DNA of 61,583 nucleotides, counting the filler, from Sluysia triapertura (lineage: Eukaryota), in NCBI GenBank assembly GCA_046118255.1. It is 5 parts of 5 records of this genome, joined end to end, with 100 filler letters (N's around TTAATTAATTAA, not from the genome) between each part and the next. Parts side by side here need not be neighbours in the genome. Positions count along the whole stretch, not along the records: positions 24,069 to 34,975 come from JBJNIA010191706.1; positions 35,076 to 47,642 come from JBJNIA010097883.1; 3 more parts are not named here. One strand, written 5' to 3'. A program made the position numbers and the translations under genes. Positions 28,267-40,440 of the stretch are shown one piece after another (positions within the stretch are counted from its first letter, which is position 1; each line of letters begins with the position of its first letter). The notes beneath the pieces are model-generated. The model was not told where the DNA came from, did not search any database, and saw nothing but the letters and a program-made list of their open reading frames with translations.

Positions 28267-28663
28267 AGTTTTGTATTTCGTTCGTATGTATTGGATAAGC
28301 CATAATCAGAATCGACCCTATTGAATAAAGTAAATAAATAAATAAATAAATAAAATAAATAAACGAATAAAATGTTGTAAAAATTAATGAAATAAAAAGA
28401 AAAAAAGTGAAAAATAATTTTTAGTATAATTAAAACAATTAAATATTTTTGAAATATTTGCTTTTTATTAACTTTTATTTATTTTATTATGAGTTTTATA
28501 TTTGAAAAATTAATTTTTTATCGACAAAAATTGTAACAATTCAGCAAATAAGCTTAATTAATTAATTGAAAAACTGAATTATTATTAAATAAAGTCACAG
28601 CGAAACTTTTGTGAGGCACGGCTGTCGTTAATGTGTGATTTGATGAATTGTCGTTTGATGAAA

Positions 28664-29262
28664 GGGTGTCGTTTGTCTATGTTATGAATATCTGATTTCA
28701 TTAAGACGTGAAGGACATAGAAACTCACATAATTTATTACTGTCTGGTCTAATTATAAAGAATTATTTCCATTTTCAAATTTGAAGAAGGTGCCATTTAA
28801 TAAAATTGACTATAATAAAATAAAATCGTTAGACGGGGCTGATAGCTCAGTACTAAAGCATCTAACTGCGCAGCGAGAGGTCCCTGGTTCGATCCCCGGT
28901 CAGTCCATTTTATGAAGTCTAACATATACTGTATTTTATTTTAGAGGCAAAAATGTGATTTATAGAAATATACATCTACCTAAGTCGAATTTCTATTCCT
29001 TACTAAAAATAATCAAGTTAGAGAAAATATTACATTTTAGCAATTCCTTTTTTATAGAAGTTTTACTGTACAATTTCTACTAGGAGATTAAAATGAAACA
29101 TTTTGTGCAAAATGCCAATTGAAATTTAAATTTCGTAAGCGAAATAAACATAGAGACAGCTTCAAATTGCAAGAAGATCTTAACTTACAGAAGGATAATA
29201 ATGTATTTCGTTCTAAATGCAAGAAGAATGTGTTTTTAAATTTTATTATTGCTAAAATATTG
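28664..29262 (+). repeat. Duplicated segment, paralogous to 49068-50058; this copy carries the tRNA-cassette insertion
   Basis: Shared blocks atctgatttcatt, ggtctaattataaagaattattt, aagtcgaatttctattcc, ttttactgtacaatttctactaggag and aaattttattattgctaaa. Confidence 0.85.
28792..28924 (+). mobile_element. tRNA-cassette element, 5'-truncated copy (tRNA-like core 28836-28907)
   Basis: GGGCTGA/TCAGTCC acceptor stem, A-box TAGCTCAG, B-box GGTTCGATCC, TTTT terminator and a GTCTAACA end. The anticodon arm does not pair. Absent from the paralogous site at ~49745. Confidence 0.88.
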
Positions 29263-32200
29263 TTCTAAAACAAAATAATTAATCATTATTAATCAGATAA
29301 ATTATAAATTTCTTAGTATTTCTTATTACTAGTATGTAATTAATATATTTTGAATATTTTAAATTATTGGCACTTATTCAATCATTTATCTATTTCGATT
29401 ATTTATTTATCTCTGAAATATAATGAATCAAGTTTATATGGGTTTATGTGAAATCTCATGTTCCTATAAAAAATTTTATTAAATTAATTTATTTACTTTT
29501 GTTTAATTTCGTATGCAAACACGAAAACTTAAAAATTTCTATTACAAATTCTTTTTAAAATACTAATTGTTTTTACAAAATACAAATAATGTATATATAT
29601 GCACGCAAATTAAGTTGATATATACATATTTTAAAGTTAAAATTATTTTAGCTGGAAAATACAGAAATATTTTTTTTGCAAGTTAACTTAGTTTACAACT
29701 GAAGTTTTATTGTTATTATAAAATGTTATAAAAGTTATTGTTATAAAATGTTCTTATTTTATCCACACAAAAATAAAATGATTATATATGGATGGCTAAG
29801 AACCATAATTAAAAAGGCAAATAAATTATTATAATAAAAATTTCAAATGAAAATTATTGTTATAAAATAGTTACGTTATTATTCATAGCAGTTTTTATTC
29901 TTATAATTTACAGGTTATTATAAATTATTATTATTATTATAAGAAATAACATCTACAAATAAATGTAATATTAAAAACCCATAGTTTTTGCAACTAAAGT
30001 GATGAGGTATCGATCCATTAAGACAATTGAGTTTGCTTATGTAGCATTTATAAAATTGCTACGGAATTGAAAATCGAATATAATTAATTTGTCGGTCTTA
30101 AGTCGACCAGATTTAATAATTAAAAATTTAACATTAATTTACTTCAAATTTATCCTTCCAAAAATAATAGAAATTTCTGTTTTATCTAAATACAGGAAAA
30201 CAAAATCAAATTTTGTTGGATTGTTGATGAGAATAATTATATGAATCCACAAAAATACATTCAAATTATGTTTTGATAGAAAATTTGATAGAAAAAATTA
30301 CAAAATCGATAATGGATTGAAAATTTAAAGTAATAATCAAAAAAAATGTCTAACCTCAAACGTAAAATAAAACCAAGAGATTATTAGATAAATTTGACGA
30401 AATGAATTAATTCTACATCCAATTTGTAGTTCGGATTATTTCTTGTTTCCGTTAGTAGTACATTTTTTAATAACGATGACCTAAAAAAAATGACTCATTG
30501 GAAAAATTAAAAAGAACACGACGTATTTACATTGCTAATAATAAATAAATAAAATATTCAGATAATATATTACTCATCAACATATTTATTTCGATAATTT
30601 GTTCGAAATATGTTGTTATTTTGTTTACATTATTTACTACGTATAATAATTAATGAGTATAAATTATTACCATTTTCAAATATCAATTTCATTTTTACTT
30701 CAATTGTATTAAATTAAAAAGCCCCGAAACACTATAGATATCATGTTACCGTTCTTTACTTCAGTAGTCATAAGTTAGTTCTAATTACAAAGGTGTTGGG
30801 TATTTTTTGTTGGGTTAAGATAAAATTATACAAAATGATTTTAAAATATTACTTAAATTTTATCTTATAAGCTTTATTTACTTGAACAAATACGAGATTA
30901 TCGTAGAATTGGTAATCCAAAAATGTCTTCTATTTATCAACAATATAAACATATAGTTACCTAATAAACAAGATTGATGAAGTAAATAATCGTTTTATTT
31001 CTTTTGTATTTGATTGTTCTAATGTATAGTTTCTTTTCTTATTTGGATTTCATCTGATAAATGATAATATATTAATATATTTTATTTATTGATTAATTTA
31101 TTTTATTCTATGTTATAAATGTAATTAAATTTTGTAAATAATTTTTTATTTAATTTTATGCAACTTTCAATGAGTCAAAATTGTATGCTGAAAACCATAC
31201 TCCATTTCTTACATATTTACATCACAATAACCTTTTCAATGGCTTTTTTTTGTATTGTTGGTGTTTCTTTGTTAATTTACACGAACATAGAAATCAATTA
31301 TGGGTTCGCCTATAACTTTTGGTTTATTTCGCTAAGGAAGACACAATTACAGAATTTTATATTTATTTAAATCTTACTGCAGAACAAAGAACAATTTAAA
31401 ATGTCTTTGTCGTGAGGGTCTTTCTATAAATTCTTGAAATCTATCAATAAATAATAATTTTCTCTTCTATTTATTAAATTCTTAATTTTAGAAATATTGT
31501 ATTTAACTCAAACGTTACTTATTTTAAAAGTTGGTCTTAAATCTTTTGAATAAACTATTACTAGAAAAACATTTCTATTAATTTATTAATAGCAACCAAA
31601 TAAATAATGAAATTTTTATTGTAAAACAAAGTAATAAATAATGATTAAACAGATTACAAAAGAATTTACAAAAATTATAATAAAATATATATTATAAATT
31701 AATCAGAATATTTGGTTTGTAAAACAGAATTAGATTTTAAGTTAAAATTTAACGCTAAAATTATCAAAACGACCTTACAAATTATTAACTTACGCAACAA
31801 TTATGATTTGAGAAAATAGCTTTGTCAAACGAAGATTCACTCGTGTATTTTCAATTTTAAAAATTTCCACCAAATTGATATAACAAGTCACATCGAAAAT
31901 TGAAATCCGTTGTATCTACGTTATCAATTTTCGAAAATAAAATGAATATATTTCAGTTATGAATTAAACATATGTTTCTCAAACCATAAATTAAAATAAT
32001 ATATTATTTTTTATATCTATAAACCATATTTTCTGACTTTATAAATAAATTATAAGGAAACATCACCAAAATAATTATAAAATATTAACACAAAATTTAT
32101 TGCAATGTAATTTTAAAATTTATAAAATTTTATTTTACAAAATAAAAATATTGTTAAAAATTTTTGTTAAATTGTTTAAATACAAATACAAAAATATTAT

Positions 32201-32916
32201 AATGTTATTCCACAATATCAACTTTTACTAGAAATTAATCTTTTTAGCAGCTTCAGTTACACAATTAATCATTGTTATTGTCATCATTATTCATGCTGCT
32301 ATTGCTGATTTATAACACAATGAATTCTCCATGGAATTAAATACTTCAAAATATGGATTCTTTAATTCTTATTTAGCTTGATTTGAAACAATGTATGTAC
32401 TGGTTTATTTCTAATCTCACGTCTTTATTCTAACTGATTTCAAACTTTAATTCTTCTTGAGATTTCTTTTGATATTATTTTCCTTAATCTTTCAACTTAT
32501 AAAATAAATTTGATAGTTATATTTATATTTCTATACTCATGCACTATTATTGTAAGTATTAATTTTACATTTATAAAGTACTTTAAAGTATGTTTTCTAT
32601 GATTCTTTATTAACTTCAAATTCCTAAGTATTAATCTAATGAATTTTCACATTAATTTTCTGTACTTTTAGCCTACAATTAGTAGATTTAATTTAATTTA
32701 AATATCTTCTTTAACCTAAAATATGAGTTCGATACTCGTCCCTGTTCTCAGAGGTGGAAGTGCCATTTCTTTTTAGCAAAAACTTTTTGTAAATTTATCC
32801 TATTTCTCAATCCCAAAAACAAAACTTTATTCAAACAATTTCAATAAAGAGAATTAAATTGTTAACAAATAAAAATTCTGTAATTCTAATTTTGTAATTA
32901 TTGATAAAAGTTTATA

Positions 32917-33062
32917 CAGGGTTCCGCCTTTATTTCAATTTTGTCATAATTATTAAATTTTATTAATTCTTATTTCATTAAAACTTAAATTCAAATTTTA
33001 TAAAACTTAATTATTCTTTTTGAACTGAAGTTTGACAAAATTGAAATAAAGGCGAAAATAAG
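32917..33062. mobile_element. Tc1/mariner-type MITE
   Basis: Perfect 22-bp inverted repeat CGCCTTTATTTCAATTTTGTCA (32925-32946 / 33033-33054), a TA|CAGGGT start and TA at the symmetric right position. Confidence 0.65.
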
Positions 33063-34353
33063 TAAAAAAAATTTTGTTGAAGATTTTTATATTTAATAAG
33101 CTACTTAGAATAATAATTATATCAGAACAACAATTAAGACTTGATCTGAGGATCTTTTATGTAAAACTAATCGATCAGAAATAAATTATCTGTAATCAAA
33201 TTGTTCCTTGCTCGATCTAGTAAAACTCGTTCTATCATTTATGTGCTTTTTGATTTATTTATTATTTTTATTATGACGTAGCTTATTAAATTTCAAAAAT
33301 GTACTTATATAAGTACATACAATTACCGCATTGAATTTCGTATTAAATTTTGTAATAATGAATAAGTGAATCAAATTTCTATACCTGCAATTAAAATTAA
33401 ATACAAATGCACAAATACAGTATTTTATTCACAATATTCATTAAGTTTTGATTCGTACATTCATTCATTTGTTACGTGGCTCGTCATTTTTATACATTTT
33501 TTAAATTTATTTATGGCTCACTATTTACAATGTTGCACTAATATCAAACATTCGTTTAATTGTTTTAATTGTTCATTTAATATTAAATGTGGCTCGTCAT
33601 CATCATACAACGTTCGCATTTAAATTAAACATTAGATTATATCAAACGTACATATTTTATTACCACAGACACAAGAATTCGTTTTCATAATTTATTTTCG
33701 AATATTCGAATGAAGCATTACATTCATAGCTTATTTTAACATTGATAAGTTATTGACAAACATTCGATTAGAGCATTACAGTACAATTAAGATCTTCTTC
33801 CATGTTCATTTTGGAATTCGAGCGGAATCATTTGTTTTGTATTTTTAATTTCGTTTCAATCACGTTCTATATGTTCGAAAACGATATTATAAAATAAGCG
33901 ATAGAGAAAATGTCTCACAAAAATGACTAATGAAATCAATGATATAGTGTGAAATGTCTAATCAGTAATGGCATACATCAAATATTGTTTGTTTTACCGC
34001 AATATTTTTATTAAATGATAAAGTCTATTTCATTGAATATTTATTTTTAACTTTCTCGTTTGTTTTTCATTATGTTTATAAATTATTCATGTGGAAGTTT
34101 ATTGTTTAGTTCTGTATTCATTATGATAAATTGTGTTTTTAATTTATTTTTAAAGAAAAATGTAATCAATAATTGAAAGGTATTATTAACATTAAATTAT
34201 CTTTTTCAAAAATTAGTAAGAGTGAAAATAAAGACTAAAACTATTTATTTTGTTTAGAATTACACAAAAAACAAATATTTTTACAAATCGTTTTGTTAAA
34301 TTCTGATTATGCCATGATATAAATTCAAAAGTTTGTTTTTGTCTCTTGTTGTA

Positions 34354-34975
34354 TCACTCGATCAGATGGGATGCTAGTACAATTGTAATTGAAAACTTTT
34401 GCATGTCAGGTAAGATTGCCAAACTTGATAAAAGAGAATTGATTCTATCATAGTGGTCATAGAAATTTGCTGGATGACTATGAACATATTTGAATTCACA
34501 TATTTGGTGGAAATATCTACAATTCTTGCCATATTTTAAACATTCACCAGACTGAGCAGTTTTATATAAACAAAGAGCCATCTTGTAGTGTTTGTCTTCA
34601 TTAACACATGGATTTATGTGTAAAGGTTTGCTACTACTATAGAAGAACTTTAAAAGGCCGATTTTTGATTTTACATTCGACAAGTCTGTACTTAATAATG
34701 CTACTTTATTTTCATGACAAATGAATCAACATCTACTAATTTGTGAGCAGTTAGAAATGCATTAGTAGGTATTTGTATAACTTGACCATCTACTGTCACA
34801 ATTAATCTATCAATACTTTTATCTTCCTTTATCATTTTTTAATTCAATGCATAGGCTTGATTTAAAACTGAAATTATCACTTTTTTGACGTTTTTACTAA
34901 TCGTAATAAGTTCTTTCGATTGAGATGGATAGAATTGTGCAGTTAAACTTTTTGTATTAATATTTTGCACTAATC
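34354..34975 (-). pseudogene. Decayed gene with a CCCH zinc finger (related to 11252-11551)
   Basis: LCLYKTAQSGECLKYGKNCRYFH (C-x9-C-x6-C-x3-H). The upstream coding-like frame has a stop and a frameshift and runs to the gap. Confidence 0.55.
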
Positions 34976-35899
34976 NNNNNNNNNNNNNNNNNNNNNNNNN
35001 NNNNNNNNNNNNNNNNNNNTTAATTAATTAANNNNNNNNNNNNNNNNNNNNNNNNNNNNNNNNNNNNNNNNNNNNCTTGATTAATTATTAATTGTAATTT
35101 TTTCACTTTTCTATATGAAATTGAGTACAATAAACCATTGTTAAAATCTATGAACAATTAGTTTAGCTGTTACTTTTTTATTAATAAATTTTCGAATATG
35201 TGGATATCTGCACATAACAGCATATAATAAAACAATTAATAAAAATTAATTTATTAATTTTTGATTGTATCTGAAAGATGAAAAATATCAATGTAAGTTT
35301 CTTTAGGATATTTCATTTTCAAACAAAAAATTTAATAAGCGTAATCAAAGATCTAATGTGTCATTTGTTGTTAATTTAGATATAAACCATCTTTATTTTG
35401 AAGATATTTGTGTGTGTATTTTATTTTACATAAAATATGGTTTCAAAAAGTTATTACTTAAAAATTTCTCTTAAATTACGAAGAAAATTAGTAAAACGTC
35501 GATGTAGGTCTGCCTGTGTGTGCCTTACAAGAATTCTCGCGTCGAATTTATAGATACGTATGCAAACTTAAATAGAACGAAGGTTGTATTCAAACGTTCT
35601 TGATCTAACAAAATTTATTCTTCTCTACATCAAATATATAAAATACTGCCTGTTTAATATCATATTTGAATTTGATTTCTTGTAGTGTGAGCTTTATACA
35701 AAAATTTTATTTCCTTCGTACTGTAATAATAATTGATGTTCATGTTTCATTAAAAACTTGTTTTAACGTTTTCGTTCAATTCATTCCATTTAATTTGTAT
35801 CAAATCAGTTTTTAACATTCATAATACACATTCATTATTTAATTAATAATTTGTTTTCATTATTAACAAACACTTTCGGCCGACAAATTTTAAATAATA

Positions 35900-36110
35900 T
35901 TATTTACACATATATTGATAATACAACCATAAAATACATAATTGTCTACAGATTTGAATAAGTCGGTTAACTAATGAATTTGGATAATAAATGCCAAATG
36001 GATCAAATACATCAATTGCAAGCCAATGTTCACAATCTACGTGTATTTACAATGTAACCATTTTCATCCAAATATGATGGAATTTTGTCCAGTGGGTATA
36101 TACTTTTACC
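35900..36110 (-). mobile_element. Maverick/Polinton (adenain-like) cysteine protease remnant
   Basis: GKSIYPLDKIP..GYIVNT, then a frameshift to EHWLAI-DVFDPFGIYYP..ICRQLCILWL, corresponding to the IVNT, HW, FD(P/S)FG and CGxxC motifs. Confidence 0.65.
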
Positions 36111-36977
36111 TCATTTGCAAATATATCAGTACTAATTTGATTAATTTCTAAAGAACTAATTAAATTATAATAAAAATAAAACTTACTTCATTAATTATAT
36201 AATTAGAGGGTTATTATTTATTTGTATTTCATTATCAAATACAGCTGTTAGTTCTTCTAATTCTGTAACAAATTTGAGGTAATTGTTTGTGATCTATATG
36301 TAAAGAAATAATGAAATCAGCTATTCCTATTCTATGTTTATATTTTCATTAAGATTTCCTAAATTTATAGTAATTGATTGTATATAAGATAGCACTATTG
36401 TGTGCAGATTATCAAAATTCATTGTATAAGTTTCTCAATAGTCTGTATTTCTACTTATACTAATTGATTCAACATTACTAAGTGCAAAATTTATGCATCT
36501 TTTTCAAATTTATACGTAATACTTTAACAAATAAAACGTTGTAAAGGGTTATTTCTTCGCATTTCTCATTCTTTTGTTTTGAGTTAAATATTTTATATGT
36601 TTATTTTGTTATTACAATTCATTATAATACTTTATCTTAATTCCTCAATGATGTTTATTTTATTCTATTAACAATATTGCGTATTAATGTCAGAATTACT
36701 GATAAAAGTGGTTCAGATACACAAATTTGGTACTTATTATATATGGAATCGAGTATTAATTTTGGATATATTATATATTAGTATCATCCCCTTAAAAATC
36801 TATATCCAATTTACTAACTGTGATACAAATTAATACTAATTATAATACAAAATATAAATCCAATGTAATACTCACTCTAATCAATACTCCACCAATCAGA
36901 AAGATCTAATCCGATCCATGATAAGCTGACGCTATGGGACCAATTTAATTAAATTAATTTTGCTTTGTTAATTTCAG

Positions 36978-37152
36978 TATCAAAGATATATTTCATGAAA
37001 GAGCATGGCTGAAAAGCAATGTGTTCGGTGTGCAAGTAAAGATTGTTTGTGAAACACGCGATAAAGCTCATGCTGATGAATTGAGATCACTGATTGAAAA
37101 GACATATTTAAAAGTCAGTTGGGGTCCTAGAGAAACTATGTGTTTTAATTAG
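36978..37152 (+). CDS. Terminal exon of a threonine dehydratase / L-threonine ammonia-lyase-like gene (ACT-like C-terminal domain)
   Basis: tttcag acceptor, then IKDIFHERAWLKSNVFGVQVKIVCETRDKAHADELRSLIEKTY...* with the HERAW and VCETRD motifs; open frame. Confidence 0.8.
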
Positions 37153-37342
37153 TTTTGTGTGTTAGTTTAATAATTAGATAATTAATAGATTTTGATGTTT
37201 ATTTTTACTGATATTAATAAAGAAATTAGTGCTGTTTTCCTTGTTAACATTTACATTCTTTTCTCACTTAGAACTTTCATCCATTCAATCATCGAATACC
37301 TTGAGACAATCGAAATAACATGAATACTAATCTTTGTCATAA

Positions 37343-37498
37343 TGTTAGACTTCGTAAAATGAAGGTCCCGGTGATCGAACCCGGGACCTTCACTGCGCAG
37401 TTCGATGCTCCTCTCACTGAATTATCAGCCTCGTCTACAATTTTAGTTTATTTTAGTCAATTTTACCAAATGGCACCTTAGGCCTTTTTACCCCAACA
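37343..37498 (-). mobile_element. tRNA-cassette element, full length (156 bp) with a candidate 4-bp TSD ATAA
   Basis: TGTTGGGG...GTCTAACA termini, ATAA at 37339-37342 and 37499-37502, internal A/B boxes. Confidence 0.85.
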
Positions 37499-37749
37499 AT
37501 AATATGGAAAACATTATAAGTATCTAGATCGAGTTGAATCAACGTAATTGTCATATGAATCATATATTTACAAGTACTATTAAAACATCGACTAGAGCGT
37601 TAACATTAAATAATATTAATACACTCCTTGAAAGGTTAACTTTACAATATCATCGAATATAAAGCTTAAATTCATTAACTTTCAAACAATTATCATTTAT
37701 CATCTTTAGATTGTTGCATAAGTTCCCGCCGTTTTTTAAACATTTATTT

Positions 37750-37910
37750 TCAAAGAATTCAAAAGTGGCGAGAAATTGTCGCAAAAATCACAATCTATCT
37801 TTTCGACCTATCTTTCTTCAAAAGATCCCTGAGTTGGTCATCGTCAGTCTTGATGAGGTGCGTCGTTGAGTTCGAAATTATCGTGTTTGAACCTGGCAAA
37901 TCAATATCTT
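37750..37910 (-). mobile_element. mariner transposase N-terminal remnant
   Basis: *FARFKHDNFELNDAPH / TDDDQLRDLLKKD / ATISRH, matching the mariner WFxRFxxGxFxLxDxPRSGRP region. Confidence 0.7.
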
Positions 37911-38946
37911 TACTCACTTTTTAATCTCGATTAAAGGCGAAAAGGAAGTGTCAAAAATGCGGTTTTTTGTCGGCTTGACAATTGATTTGACGGTTCTAAA
38001 AAGACAGAAACGAATACTTTAATCTTTTAGAGCAAAACACTGGCTTTCTAATGGTTTATATCAAACAGCTAATGCCTTCACCAACTTTAGTCATTATATA
38101 TCTTTGTTTTTATCATATTTACTTTTTTCGCTTTTTATCGCCATTTTCATAATCAACAAAGGTACTATAAAATTAAATAAATAAATGATTGAATGGATTT
38201 GATTAACACAGAAATTAATTAATTCATTAATTCATTTCGCAAAGAACTGGGAATAAGAATTACTTTGAACAATTTCTATTGTTAAAATGAAAGCCACTAA
38301 GAATAGAAAATTGTCTTCTGGTGAAAGTACAGTTTAATTTTAGTTTAACTTTTAATTTAGTGAAAGTATAAATATTAACAAATAATATGGGATGGCACTT
38401 GGGGCGCTTAAGAAATGCAAATATGGACTTAAGGTCATTACTAAAGTAATTATTAATCATATACAACTTAAGGTCATCAAAGACTTTAAAATTTAAGGTC
38501 ATTATTTTGAGTACTGAAATAAGAACGATGTAGGTGTAATAAAGCTTTATTAGAATTATAATAAAAATTCAGAAAAAGTAGCATAATTATGCCTTCTAAA
38601 TTCAAACTTATTTACAACGAGGAAATCTGATAGCGTATTTATTCTTAGAATCATTCCTTTCTGCATAATATTTTTAAAATATTATTTAGAACAGAAAGAC
38701 CTATTAAATTATTTTAAAATATTCTTTTAGAATATTATAGAAGTAAAATTTGATATAAATAGACACAAAAATGGATAGATTCACTCAGAAAAAGAAGAAA
38801 AGCAAAAACTATAACTTAGTTTTATGAAAGAAAATCATTTGTGAAAATCAAACAAATCTCGACTAATTTTTTGTGTGATTTTAAATGCTACTAAAACTTA
38901 ATATAATTTTCATTGACAATTCCAACTTATTTGAATAATCAAATTG

Positions 38947-39062
38947 TCACTTCATTGATATATGTTTATTTACTTTTACCTCGAAATGACTTATACTTCA
39001 TTTCATTTCACTTCATTGATATATGTTAGCATACTTTTACCTCGAAATGACTTATACTTCAT
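38947..39062. repeat. Tandem duplication, period 61 bp
   Basis: tcacttcattgatatatgtt....tacttttacctcgaaatgacttatacttcat occurs twice. Confidence 0.9.
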
Positions 39063-40370
39063 GTTAAGCTTGTATTGTAGTAATTTTAACGAAAAAATAA
39101 TACTAAAACATTACTTTACTTTTTTATATTAGATTAGGTACCTTTGTGATCCCATTTAAAAAATTTTAAATATTTTTATTTGTATTCCAATTTAAAAATA
39201 AGTTGTGGTGCCACAGACACATACAATGATCTTGTTCCACACGCGATTCAAAAACAAAACTTTTTGATACTTTTCACACATTTTAAAACATTTTCATACG
39301 GTCAATATATATTTGAAACTTCACAGTAAATTATACGCAAACTCTCACAACAATTTCTATTACTAACACATCGTCATAAGCCAAACTCACCTCACAGATT
39401 ATCAATTTACCACTTTCAACATAACTACAAAGCATAAAACTTCGAACCATAAAATTTTATAATATAATTAATGCTATCATCCTAAAATCATAATAACCAA
39501 TTACGTTTTCTTTTTTGATTTAATGTGATCTAATACGTTTCTTTTTTTACGGTATCGTGCTCATCTCCAATAACGCTTGTATGGGTCACATTGTTGCTGT
39601 GCTACTGTGATTATCGTTTTATTGTTTTTTGTTGTACTAAACATTTGTCATTCAGCACGAAACATTGTAGTATTTCTGAAAGATCCACAGAACCTATAAA
39701 AGCAAAATGTGTTCAATAATTAGACAGGACAGAAAAACTACAAGAACATTTAAATAAGTCATCTGTAAAAGAAACAAAACAAGACTTAAATATTTTACCT
39801 TTTTTAATAAATTGTCTTCAAGTTATGCTACACTAAACTAGTTATGCGGCTAAACTAGTTCAAAAAATCAAGAATCTCACTACAGTTTTACTCGAGCATG
39901 TACTGCTAAGCTTTGGGCTTCATGTCTAATTCAAAATGCCGTGGTTTTGTGTGAATTTGACGGTGCTGACGGAAATGCAATCACTTCTTGCGATCAAGGG
40001 TTTAGTTGGAATTTTAATAATTTTATGAAGTTGAACATTTTAACCAGTTTTTATTTTTATAACAAAATTCAAAATTTTGTGGTGTTTTTACTTGTACTAA
40101 GTCTTCAATAAATGGAATTAACTATTCTTGGTTTTTATTCAATTCAATGATTTGTTTTTTAAAGGACCTTAAGTCCTTCCTTTTTGGTTTTAATAAAAGT
40201 ACTAAAATTTTGCCGAAGTTAATAACATATTTTAAATATAATGTAATAATAAAGTTTATAAAGGAAAAACCATTCCTTAAATTCTTTGTAATAATGTTAG
40301 ATTACAAACTATTATTATTTTTAATATTTTTAACTCTTCATTTTAAAAAGTGTTTAAAATCAATATTTAA

Positions 40371-40440
40371 CCCCTTAATGCACAATTTTTAAAAAAAAAC
40401 CGTGCACACCCGTGTTAATACGTTTCTGCGCGTTAAAGGG
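40371..40440. mobile_element. Minimal 70-bp piggyBac-type MITE
   Basis: TTAA|CCCCTTAATGCACA ... TGCGCGTTAAAGGG|TTAA (11/14 inverted match). Confidence 0.65.

Noticed and set aside
28836-28907. Functional tRNA gene call
   Set aside because: The anticodon arm does not pair, the D-loop GG is mutated, and the unit sits in a dispersed repeat absent from the paralogous site.
39540-40010. Possible transposase remnant on the minus strand (SVIGDEHD resembling IGDGDS)
   Set aside because: Only one weak motif.
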